A stretch of DNA of 64,000 bases from Pseudomonadota bacterium (GTDB lineage Bacteria > Desulfobacterota > Binatia > Binatales > Binataceae): NCBI GenBank assembly GCA_021325025.1, contig JAJPHZ010000016.1, forward strand, positions 259,616 to 323,615. The letters run 5' to 3'. A program made the position numbers and the translations under genes. The notes beneath the pieces are model-generated. The model worked only from the letters and a program-made list of their open reading frames with translations. It did not search any database and had not been told where the DNA came from. Every line of letters begins with the position of its first letter. The first letter of the stretch is position 1. Below are positions 10,698 to 19,770 of the stretch, in pieces.

Positions 10698-13364
10698 GTG
10701 AGCAGCGGCGCGAACATTGTCCGTGGGCGTTCAAGGCTCGAAAAGCTCGCGGTCGGGCTGCTCTACGGTGCACTGTCGGTTGCAATCTTCGGCGGTCAGG
10801 TGGTCTGCAACCCGGCTAACTATTACGTCGGCGGCGGTCACGATCCGTCGCAGATGATGTGGTTTCTGGTCTGGTGGCCTTATGCAATCCTTCACCACCT
10901 CAACCCTTTTGTGACGAAAATGGTATGGCCGCCGGCCGGGGTGAACCTGGCCTGGATGACGCCTATCCCCGCGCTCAGTCTCCTGGGCTTCCCCATAACC
11001 TACACTTTGGGCCCTGTCGTCTCGTATAATGTCCTTTCTCTGCTCGCCCCGGCGCTCTCAGCGTGGACTGCTTACCTGCTTTGCGTTCAGGTTACCGGGC
11101 GCTCGTGGCCATCCGCGGCCGGCGGATATCTCTATGGCTTTTCAAGTTATGAAATTGGCCAGGTTCTGGGCGGTCATCTCGGTCACAGCATGGCGATGCT
11201 GCCGCCTCTTGCCGTACTGTTGTTTCTTCACCTGGTTCGACGTGAGCTGACGCGCCGCCGTTTCATAGTTTATTTCACGGCATGTCTGGTTGCTCAATTT
11301 CTGATCTCGACCGCGCTTTTTGCAACCATGACTTTATTCGGCGCCGGCGCTCTGATGCTCGCATGGTGTTTATCCGATTCGGTTTTGAGGGTGGCTCTGC
11401 GTCGAACGTTGCCTTGCCTTGTGAGTGGCTACATCCTGGCCGCCGTAGCGCTGAGTCCGTATCTGTACTATGTTGTGGCCTTCGGCATGCCGCACAAACC
11501 GATCTGGCCGCTGGATTATTACTCGGCCGACCTGGTCGGATTAGTTCTTCCCAATAGGCTCTGCCGACTCAGATTCCGCATTTTCGGATTGGACGCCGGC
11601 TTCTTATTCGATCCCTGGGAGACGGGAGCTTATCTCGGTTTGCCGACGGTTGTGCTGTGCTCCTGGTATTATCTTGAGAATCGCGGAACGTTCATCTGCA
11701 AGCTACTGACTATTTCTTTGGCCGCGGTTTTATTGGCCGCGTTGGGACCGCGCCTGCACGTCGCGGGAAGGGCGAGCGTGATTTTGCCATGGGCGGCCGC
11801 GGCCCGTCTGCCGTTCATCAAGCACGAACTGCCGGGACGCTTCATGCTTTTCGCATTCCTGATCATCGCGGTTATGGTATCGATATGGCTGTCCCGGCTG
11901 AGGCCGGCTGGTCCAGCCCGAGTGGCAGTGCTGTTGCTCTCGGTTCTGTTTCTATGGCCGGCGGTCGATAACACCAGGGTCGATCTGCCGGCCTTCTTCA
12001 GCACCGGGGTCTATCGGCGCGTGCTCGGGCGAAACGAAAACGTCCTGGCCGTTCCATTCGGATGGAATGGCGACAGCATGCTCTGGCAGGCCCATTCCCT
12101 GATGTACTTCAGGATGGCGGGAGGATACCTGGGTGCGACGCCGTCCGAATTTGAACGCTGGCCAATCGTGGATGCGTTGTACTGGTCGATTCTTATACCA
12201 GACACCGAGGCTCAGCTAAGAGATTTTGTCGACCATTATCGTATCGAGAGACTAATCATCGAGGAGTCTGACAAAGAGCCCTGGCGGAAAGTATTTTCAC
12301 AGTTTGACTCTACTCCGGAGAGAATCGGCGGAGTTATCATCTACAAGGTGGGAAGGGGGCGGGCGCGCAGCCATCCAGACACGGATGTCGTGCAGGCGCA
12401 AGGCCGGGCCTATGCGGGTCGCTTCACTGAGATGATTATGGCCGCCCACGAATACCTGATGCGCGGTTTGGATCCGGCACGGCTCAGTTGCGCAGAAGTT
12501 CAGCATCTGGGCTTGCTGCCCGACCGGGGCGAATTGACCGATACGACGACCAAAGCTGGTTGGTGTCACCGTATGTGGCTCGGGCCGTTGGAAGGCGACC
12601 CGGTTGGAGTCGGCCTGATCGGTTACGAACAGGGCGTCAAATCGGTAATCGGACTATACGGCAGGTTCGCGAATAAAATATTCTATCCGTATCCTCAGAA
12701 AGCTAGTGAACAGGCGCCGGTGGATCCTAATAAGCCTGGCACATTGATTATGACGTTTAGTCTCAGTCAACTCCAACGCGCAAGCCTCACGGCAATGTCT
12801 TACCAGTCCGGAGCGCGGTCCGATGCCGGCGAAGGGCGGGCCGGGGCCGCCGCGCTCGCGGCGGCCGGCAGCGCGGCGCCCACGCCGGAGGTGAAGGAAT
12901 CCGCCTGGTCGGCAAGCGATGGGGCAAAAGATGAGGCGCCGAATCGCGCGGGCCCCGTAATCGTGGCGTTAAACGGCACACCCATACCGACCGGCAGCAC
13001 CGTGACGTCGGTCAACGACGGCGGTGTGCCGGTAATTCCGGTGCGACGGAGCATCTGGCAGCCTTGGTGGTCGAGAGCGCAAGCCAACGACGTGGTTGTG
13101 ATCGAGGGTTCGAATTTCGATACCCGGTATGGGATAGCGGTGAACATATATGGCGCCTGCCGGGGCGAGGGTACTGGAACTTTTGCGTTCGACCCTGGCG
13201 ACCATCTTTTCAGCGGCACTCGCATTTACTTGAAGGTCCCAATATGCCCTCCGCAGGCGGCGCCGGGCGGAGTTGGATCGGTCGTGGTTGCCAACAAGGG
13301 ACGCGACGGCCGGTATCTGTCGAAAAGCAACCGAGTGCCAGTCCGCTTACGCCGCTCCGATTGA
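10698..13364 (+). CDS. GT-C-like multi-TM membrane protein with a C-terminal beta-rich module (paralog of 5876-8497)
   Basis: GHDPSQMMWFLVWWP, YGFSSYEIGQVLGGHL and GDSMLWQA blocks shared with the paralog; GTG start at 10698 is inferred (track start 10563 overlaps the upstream gene). Confidence 0.75.
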   Translation: MSSGANIVRGRSRLEKLAVGLLYGALSVAIFGGQVVCNPANYYVGGGHDPSQMMWFLVWWPYAILHHLNPFVTKMVWPPAGVNLAWMTPIPALSLLGFPITYTLGPVVSYNVLSLLAPALSAWTAYLLCVQVTGRSWPSAAGGYLYGFSSYEIGQVLGGHLGHSMAMLPPLAVLLFLHLVRRELTRRRFIVYFTACLVAQFLISTALFATMTLFGAGALMLAWCLSDSVLRVALRRTLPCLVSGYILAAVALSPYLYYVVAFGMPHKPIWPLDYYSADLVGLVLPNRLCRLRFRIFGLDAGFLFDPWETGAYLGLPTVVLCSWYYLENRGTFICKLLTISLAAVLLAALGPRLHVAGRASVILPWAAAARLPFIKHELPGRFMLFAFLIIAVMVSIWLSRLRPAGPARVAVLLLSVLFLWPAVDNTRVDLPAFFSTGVYRRVLGRNENVLAVPFGWNGDSMLWQAHSLMYFRMAGGYLGATPSEFERWPIVDALYWSILIPDTEAQLRDFVDHYRIERLIIEESDKEPWRKVFSQFDSTPERIGGVIIYKVGRGRARSHPDTDVVQAQGRAYAGRFTEMIMAAHEYLMRGLDPARLSCAEVQHLGLLPDRGELTDTTTKAGWCHRMWLGPLEGDPVGVGLIGYEQGVKSVIGLYGRFANKIFYPYPQKASEQAPVDPNKPGTLIMTFSLSQLQRASLTAMSYQSGARSDAGEGRAGAAALAAAGSAAPTPEVKESAWSASDGAKDEAPNRAGPVIVALNGTPIPTGSTVTSVNDGGVPVIPVRRSIWQPWWSRAQANDVVVIEGSNFDTRYGIAVNIYGACRGEGTGTFAFDPGDHLFSGTRIYLKVPICPPQAAPGGVGSVVVANKGRDGRYLSKSNRVPVRLRRSD

Positions 13365-13539
13365 CTGACGATCAGAGCATCCGCAAAGACGGCTTGCGTG
13401 CCGCGCAGGGTCAGTGTCCCCGATCCAAAACCAGGGCCGTTTTGGGCCGGTGCGAGTCCGGCAGGCATGATAGGCTTAGATGGCTTGGGTGGTTAGCGGA
13501 CGCCTTGCAAATGCGGGGTCTCGGAGAGATACTGCGCCC

Positions 13540-15327
13540 ATGCCGTTAGCCGCATCCGGTCGCGCCTGGCTCAAACCGAGCGGAAAGGCCGCGCTGCCTG
13601 CTGGCGCGCCGGCCTCGGCCAGCGACTCAGCATCGGGCCAGCAAGGTTCGTCAGGCGAAGCGCAGCAGCTTGCCCAGCGCGAGGCGGACTTCTGTCTTGG
13701 CTACGGCCTGTATTGGCTGGAGAATGGCGAGGGGGCCAGCTTCTGCTGGTCGCGCCGTTTCTTCGGCTTTTATCTCGATCTGGATCAGATCCGGGAATTC
13801 GAACTGGAGTTCGAATCGGCCCAGGAAACCACGTTGACTTTCTATTCCGACAGGACGGAAGTGGCCGCCGTCAACTTGGGTCCGGGGCGGCAGTCGGCCA
13901 CGTTCAGGGTTCCCGCCGAAAGCCGCAAGTATCGGATCTGGCATGCGGGTTTCAGGGTTGGGGATACGTGGCAGCCGGCATCCGATCCGAGAAGACTGGG
14001 CATCAAATGGTACGGGATGCGAGTGCGCACCGGCAGCGAAATTATTCACTACAGCGCGAGTGTGTATTCGCAAAATGGCGCCAAGACGGATTGGCTTCGC
14101 CTGGACGATTATTTTCGGCTGCATGGGAACACGGCGCACGACCTGCGGCGCAATGCGCGGCTCAACGTCAAGGAACGAAGGGCGGAAACCCAGGAAGTCG
14201 TATCCACGCCGCTGCGTCTTTACATGGAGCTTGCGTGGCTATGCAATATACGATGTCCGAGCTGCTTCCAGGCGTATGTGCCGAACAATCTGCGCAAGGA
14301 GGCGACTCATTTCATGTCGCCTCATGTGTTTCGCGAAGCCGCCGAGAAGCTGTTTCCGGGAGCCGCGATGGTATGGTACAGCGGCAACGGCGAGACGCTG
14401 CTTCATCCCAACATCGATACCATTTTGCGCACCGCACTGGATTTCAAGTTCGTTCCGGCGCTGCTGACTAACGGCACGCTGTTCACCGAACATAACATGA
14501 GACTGCTGGTCGAGGGCGGGTTTTTCCTGAGCATCTCGATTGACAGCCCCTATGAAAAGGATTTCGAGCGGCTGCGCGCCGGCGCCCGGTTTAGCAAGCT
14601 CGTGGGCGCGCTTGAGTATTTCCGCACCCTGCAACGGCAAATCAAAAACAAGCGTTTTCATATTCGGATCCAGTGTGTGGCGCAGCAATCAAATCTGGAT
14701 CAGGTCGTGGATTTAGTCAAATGGGGGGCGAGCTACGGCGCACGGGAAATACAGTTCCTGCCCATTCACAATTTCGGTCATCATTCCGAGTATATAGAGC
14801 AGGCGATGCTGTATCATACGCCCGAGCGGGTAAACAGCCGGATGCTGGAGGCGGTGCGGACGGGGACGAAGCTTGGCGTAAGGGTACGGCCCGTTCCTCC
14901 CCTGAATCCGGGGCCTGCCCTGACGCGCGAATTCCAGGCGGCCGCCGATGAAAACATCTACGCCACGCGGCGCCTCGACGATCTTTACGATCTGGCGCTC
15001 AATATGCCCGAACATCCCGCTAACAATCCCGACGGGCGATGCAGCTTGGCGTGGTCGGAGTGTTTTATTTGCGCGGACGGAAAAGTCGCGCCCTGCTGCA
15101 TCGACCTGACTCAGACCACGGTCGGCAACCTTTACGACGACGATTTCTGGACCATCTGGAACGGTCCCGCCATGAAGATGTGGCGTCAGACGGTCAACCA
15201 CGGGCCGCGTGGCATCTGCAGTTTCGGAACCTGTGTGTTTCGCCGTTCCGCGCCGGTGGACAAGAGCCAGATATCCAGAAAACTAACGCATCGTATGCGG
15301 CATTGGGTTCGATCATTCAGACATTAA
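13540..15327 (+). CDS. Radical SAM/SPASM(twitch) protein with an N-terminal beta-sandwich domain
   Basis: CNIRCPSC (CX3CX2C), GNGETLLHP, LTNG; C-terminal CSLAW..GKVAPCC..GNL..IWNG..C..C; start 13540 or 13480. Confidence 0.9.
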   Translation: MPLAASGRAWLKPSGKAALPAGAPASASDSASGQQGSSGEAQQLAQREADFCLGYGLYWLENGEGASFCWSRRFFGFYLDLDQIREFELEFESAQETTLTFYSDRTEVAAVNLGPGRQSATFRVPAESRKYRIWHAGFRVGDTWQPASDPRRLGIKWYGMRVRTGSEIIHYSASVYSQNGAKTDWLRLDDYFRLHGNTAHDLRRNARLNVKERRAETQEVVSTPLRLYMELAWLCNIRCPSCFQAYVPNNLRKEATHFMSPHVFREAAEKLFPGAAMVWYSGNGETLLHPNIDTILRTALDFKFVPALLTNGTLFTEHNMRLLVEGGFFLSISIDSPYEKDFERLRAGARFSKLVGALEYFRTLQRQIKNKRFHIRIQCVAQQSNLDQVVDLVKWGASYGAREIQFLPIHNFGHHSEYIEQAMLYHTPERVNSRMLEAVRTGTKLGVRVRPVPPLNPGPALTREFQAAADENIYATRRLDDLYDLALNMPEHPANNPDGRCSLAWSECFICADGKVAPCCIDLTQTTVGNLYDDDFWTIWNGPAMKMWRQTVNHGPRGICSFGTCVFRRSAPVDKSQISRKLTHRMRHWVRSFRH

Positions 15328-15347
15328 TAGCTGTGCCGCAGTGTCCG

Positions 15348-16757
15348 TCAGGGGTCGGATTTTACCAGCGCGGCGGGAGACGTCTCGGCGGCCGGTGCGG
15401 CATCGGGCATCCGCGAGTCGGCCGATTCATCCGCGGCGTGCCGGTCAGGCGCCGAGCTGCCGGCGGCTTGCGCGCCAAGGCGACTGTAAAGGTCGCGGAC
15501 CATCTTCGCGATGGTATCCCACGTGTAGCGCGCCGAGACTTTTTGATAGCCGGCCTCCCCGAGTCTGGTGGCCAATTGGGGATTGGCCAGAAGCTGGGCG
15601 ATGCGCTCCGCGATTTCCTGGGGCGACGAGCACAGATATCCGTTGTCACCGTCATCGATCAGATCGGCGACCGGGCCGCATGAAACATTGCCGATGACCG
15701 GCTTGCGGCGCGCCCAGGCTTCGAGAAACACCATTCCGAAGCTCTCATTCTCCGATGGCAGCAGGAAAATATCGCAGGCATCGTAAGCGTCGAGCAGATC
15801 CCGCCGATCGACTTCTCCCAACCAACAGGCATGAGCGGAGGAAATCGGCTGTCCGTCGACGTCGCGGCCGATCATCACCAGCCTGACCCGCTCATCGGCG
15901 ATGAGTTCGACCGCGGCCAGCGCCATGTCGTAGCGTTTGAACAGTTCCTTTCTGCCGACGAACAGCACGATCTTGCGCCCTTCCAAACCGTACTTGCGGC
16001 GAAAGCGCGCGCCGTCGATTTCCGGCGCGGTCAGCTCTTCAAGGTCTATTCCGGCGCCCAGCTCGATGGGCGTGGAGCCGGGCGCCAGGGCCGCAAGCAC
16101 TGCCGCGCTGTAGCGGGTTTGCGCCAGCAGCGCGCCGGCGCGGGCGAAGCAGCGGTAGAATACGGCGAAGTGATGGTAAATATCCTGAGGATGGAACAGG
16201 GGGAGGACCACCACCGGCCGGCGCAACAGACGTGCAATCGCCACCACCGCAGGCATCAGCGCATAGGGCGTGAAACCGACCAGCACCGCCTCGTACCGGC
16301 GCAGGTTCAATGCCAGATGAGCCAGCAGGCGGATGGACCACGGTCCGCGGCCAGCTAGCATCATGAGATCGTAGATGCGGGGACGCTCGCGCGCCCTGCG
16401 CTCATAGTAATCAATCAGGTTGCGCGATCCAGTGAGCATTTTTCCCAGACGCCGCTCTTCCCGGTCCCATCGCCTGAGCATCAGGCGCGAGAGCAGATGA
16501 GCGAGGCGGGGACCTGGATAAAAACCAACTGAAAAACGCCGGATGCGGATTCCATCAATGGAGCTGACTTCGGGCGGATGCTCATCGGGCCAGGCACTGG
16601 TGAAGGCCGCGGTCGGATGCGCGTTTTTGGTCCGTGTCGTCAATACATCGACTTCAACGCCATGCTCCACCAGTTTCCTGGAAAGCATATATTCATAGCG
16701 TTCAGAACCACTGACCAAATCGGGAGTAAACTGAGGGAATATATGAAGGACTTTCAC
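15348..16757 (-). CDS. GT4 glycosyltransferase
   Basis: SGSERY, VGRKELFK and LPSENESFGMVFLEAW motifs. Confidence 0.92.
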   Translation of the reverse strand: MKVLHIFPQFTPDLVSGSERYEYMLSRKLVEHGVEVDVLTTRTKNAHPTAAFTSAWPDEHPPEVSSIDGIRIRRFSVGFYPGPRLAHLLSRLMLRRWDREERRLGKMLTGSRNLIDYYERRARERPRIYDLMMLAGRGPWSIRLLAHLALNLRRYEAVLVGFTPYALMPAVVAIARLLRRPVVVLPLFHPQDIYHHFAVFYRCFARAGALLAQTRYSAAVLAALAPGSTPIELGAGIDLEELTAPEIDGARFRRKYGLEGRKIVLFVGRKELFKRYDMALAAVELIADERVRLVMIGRDVDGQPISSAHACWLGEVDRRDLLDAYDACDIFLLPSENESFGMVFLEAWARRKPVIGNVSCGPVADLIDDGDNGYLCSSPQEIAERIAQLLANPQLATRLGEAGYQKVSARYTWDTIAKMVRDLYSRLGAQAAGSSAPDRHAADESADSRMPDAAPAAETSPAALVKSDP

Positions 16758-16762
16758 GCTGC

Positions 16763-18190
16763 CTATTCAAAATGAATGGAAGATACCGCGATGCCGAGCT
16801 TTCTTCCCAAAGCGTCGACGAATGGATGCTCGCAGACCAACAGTAATTCATAGTCGCCGGCCGGCAAATGGGCAGTGAAGGTGAGCCGGGTCCAGCGCGC
16901 CGGCAAGCGGAGCGTTTCCTCGACGCGGGGATCCAGGCTGCCCAGTGGCCTTATGCGCAAGCTGGCTTCGCCGTCTTTTGGTCTCGAAGCCACGATCGTA
17001 CAGGTCAGCGCGGGGTTTCGCAGCCTGAACAACGCCGAGGCATGCGACGCGGTCCACCGGAAAGTCGCGGTTCCGTCGTTTTCCGCATAGTACCAACCAA
17101 AGTTTAGATGATGTTTGTCGCTGTTCCCGTCCATCACAACTGAGTTGGCTGCGCGGGCCAGATCCGGACGGTTAATCTGGTTGTTCGGGCATGGCAATGG
17201 ATAGTGGCCCCAGCTCGGTGCCAGCAGGTGGCTGAACGGGCGGCGGCGCGCGGCAAACCTGGCTCGCAGCCCCAAAGCCGACGGCGCATGCGCCAGGTTC
17301 CATCGCCACGCCCTGGCGATGATTGAAAGCCTGTCCCGCTGAAGCTTGCGGCACAGTGAAATCTCACGAACGAACCAAACCGGCAGACGCCGGAGCGGAA
17401 AGTACTTCAAGACGGTGCGGATGCGATTTTTTTCGCAAAGGAAGGCCTTGTTCCCAAGAATCCTGTCGCTATATCCGAATTCGTGATCGATCCAGGCGTC
17501 GGGGGAGAGCGCGACCTCATATCCGGACTTCCATGCACGGATGCCAAGTTCGCTGTCGTCGTAATAGTTAAACAGCTTTTCATCCAGCGGTCCGATGCTT
17601 TCAAGCACCGCTCTTCGCACCACCATGCCGCATCCCATCGCGTACAGGACGCGGTTGGGCAAGTGGGCAAATTCATAAGGTGTGTCGAAACAGTAGTCAC
17701 CCCCGTAGCCCTGGAGATTGAGAGTTCCGCCGGCGCCGTTCAAGATAGCTCTGCGGCCGGCGAAAAATACTACTGAGGCGACCACGCCAATGGCGGGGTC
17801 AGAGTCTAGCGTCTTGACCGCTGCGGACAGCCATCCGGGATCAGCGTAGCCGTCGTTGTCGATGAACGCCATGATCGCACCGCGCGCATGGGTCACGCCC
17901 AGATTGCGTCCGCCCGCCACGCCGCGATTGGCGGCGCTGCGCACGACCGAAAGACGTCCGCAGCCCAGATAGCGCTCCAGGATCGCCAGGCTGCCGTCGG
18001 CCGAGTTGTTATCAACCACCACTATTTCAAAGTCGTCATAGGTTTGCGCCAGCAGGTGATCGAGGCATTTGGCGATGACTCGTTCGCCGTTGTGGTTGAG
18101 CACAATTACGCTGACGCGCGGCGCGGACAAAGCGGGCGGGGCGGCGCGCCGCAGGCCAGCGGTTGGCGGAACGGGGTCGGCGCTGCTCAT
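16763..18190 (-). CDS. GT2 glycosyltransferase with a C-terminal beta-sandwich domain
   Basis: VIVLNHNG, VVDNNSADGS, GRNLG, FIDND and FNYYDDSE motifs; C-terminal GWYYAE..RWT..RKLGIAV. Confidence 0.9.
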   Translation of the reverse strand: MSSADPVPPTAGLRRAAPPALSAPRVSVIVLNHNGERVIAKCLDHLLAQTYDDFEIVVVDNNSADGSLAILERYLGCGRLSVVRSAANRGVAGGRNLGVTHARGAIMAFIDNDGYADPGWLSAAVKTLDSDPAIGVVASVVFFAGRRAILNGAGGTLNLQGYGGDYCFDTPYEFAHLPNRVLYAMGCGMVVRRAVLESIGPLDEKLFNYYDDSELGIRAWKSGYEVALSPDAWIDHEFGYSDRILGNKAFLCEKNRIRTVLKYFPLRRLPVWFVREISLCRKLQRDRLSIIARAWRWNLAHAPSALGLRARFAARRRPFSHLLAPSWGHYPLPCPNNQINRPDLARAANSVVMDGNSDKHHLNFGWYYAENDGTATFRWTASHASALFRLRNPALTCTIVASRPKDGEASLRIRPLGSLDPRVEETLRLPARWTRLTFTAHLPAGDYELLLVCEHPFVDALGRKLGIAVSSIHFE

Positions 18191-19680
18191 TTGCGCGCAA
18201 CCACAAAGTATTCCTGATCGCCATAGATCAGCTTGTTGAGGTAGTCGGTCGCGCGATTGAAATCATCCAGGGCGCCGTTGACGCCGCCTTGCAGCGGCGG
18301 GATGCGCAGTACGTCGGCTGGCGGGGACGCCAGATGGCAGGAGATTTCGGCAAAGCCCTCGGACTCGAGCAGAAACTGCAGAGTTTGCGGATGCACCAGG
18401 CGCACGTGGCTCGGATCCATCCAAAACCATTTGTAGTGCACAAAGAGCGATTCGGGATTGAGCGTTTCCAAAACCGCGACTCCCCCCGGCATCAGCTTGC
18501 GCCAGCTCAGAGATATCAGCGCGCTCAGCCGCGAGGCGGGCAAATGTTCGATCACTTGCGCGGAAAAGATGCCGCCCAGCGATGCGTCGGGCTGAGCGGC
18601 CAGATATTCGAGCGCATCGCACTGTTCCACATCCAGCCCCTTGTCCCGGCACAACAGGATCATGTCGAGATCCAGGTCCAGCCCCTTGGCGGCGATTCCC
18701 GCCTCACGCATCAGTTCCAGGAACTCGCCCTTGCCGCACCCGATGTCGAGCACCGGCGCTTTGCCGGTAAAATATCTGAGGTAGCCGCGCTGCTTGTCTT
18801 TAACCATTGTGCTGTCGCGCAGCCGCTCCTCAAAACCTGCATAGTCGATTGCCGAAAAACCCGCCGGCGCGGCGGCGCTTTCAAGCGCCGGCGGCGCGGC
18901 CGCGCCGGTAGATGGTTCGCCGCCCAGCCTGCGCAGGCGCCGTTCCACCCGCCGGACGCGCTCATGAAGCGGCTTGAACTGCTCCTCCCAATACGCCGCT
19001 CGCGCCTGCGCCGCTGCGACTGCCGCGCCCAGTTCGGCGCATCGCGCTTCGAGAGACTCAAGCCGCCGTGCCTGCTCGCCGGCCGTCCGCTTCTCATCAC
19101 CCAGCTGTTCCTCGTACTCTTGCAGCCGCTCGATGCGCTGCGACAGGGCCTCCCATTGCCCGCGCAAGCGCTCAAGCGCCGCCATCCGCCGCGACAAATC
19201 GCCAAGCGCTGCCGCATGCGTTTGGATATCCGCGGCATAGGTGTCGGCGAATCGGCGCGCCAAGGTCCGTGTGTGCGCTTTGACATCCTCGGCGCTGCGG
19301 GAAATGACCTGCTCAGTGACAGCGCGCATCTCCACAACCTGCCGGCACAGCCGGTCCACATCGTTGGTAACCGCGGTCATCAGTCGTGCGTTGGCGGCGT
19401 TGTACTCGGATTGCCGGCGGACTATCGGCTTCAGCAGGGCCCTGAGCGCCTTTGCCGCGGTCAGCATCGTCCATCCCAGCACCCGACGGCGAGGGTCCAG
19501 CGACACCTCGGTAAGGTTGTAGGCCTGATGCAATTCGGCCAGATCGCGCTCTAGTTGCGGATGACCCGCGGGCAGGCCGACGGCAGCGGTGGCGCCCGAT
19601 TGGCTGTGGCGGAGGTCACGGACCTTCAGGCGGATTTGTTCCATCATGCGGTCCAAGTCGAAGTCGCGCGATTTATCCAT
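18187..19680 (-). CDS. Class I SAM methyltransferase with a long N-terminal coiled coil (glycan chain-terminator-like)
   Basis: VLDIGCGKGE, AQVIEHL, ETLNP and DPSH motifs; E/R/L/A heptad region; ATG 19680 preceded by GGAGG. Confidence 0.85.
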   Translation of the reverse strand: MDKSRDFDLDRMMEQIRLKVRDLRHSQSGATAAVGLPAGHPQLERDLAELHQAYNLTEVSLDPRRRVLGWTMLTAAKALRALLKPIVRRQSEYNAANARLMTAVTNDVDRLCRQVVEMRAVTEQVISRSAEDVKAHTRTLARRFADTYAADIQTHAAALGDLSRRMAALERLRGQWEALSQRIERLQEYEEQLGDEKRTAGEQARRLESLEARCAELGAAVAAAQARAAYWEEQFKPLHERVRRVERRLRRLGGEPSTGAAAPPALESAAAPAGFSAIDYAGFEERLRDSTMVKDKQRGYLRYFTGKAPVLDIGCGKGEFLELMREAGIAAKGLDLDLDMILLCRDKGLDVEQCDALEYLAAQPDASLGGIFSAQVIEHLPASRLSALISLSWRKLMPGGVAVLETLNPESLFVHYKWFWMDPSHVRLVHPQTLQFLLESEGFAEISCHLASPPADVLRIPPLQGGVNGALDDFNRATDYLNKLIYGDQEYFVVARK

Positions 19681-19770
19681 CAGCGCCCTCCTGATGCCGG
19701 GGCGTGATTCTAGCCTAACCGGGCGCACCTGACACGCGGCAAACGGGGACCGAATGTGGCGTGGATTGCG

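Noticed and set aside
18163-19554. 463-aa + strand ORF, and similar long ORFs at 3369-4598, 25781-27268, 29878-31245, 32045-33451 and 38638-39813
   Set aside because: Each lies opposite a gene with clear family motifs and has none of its own.
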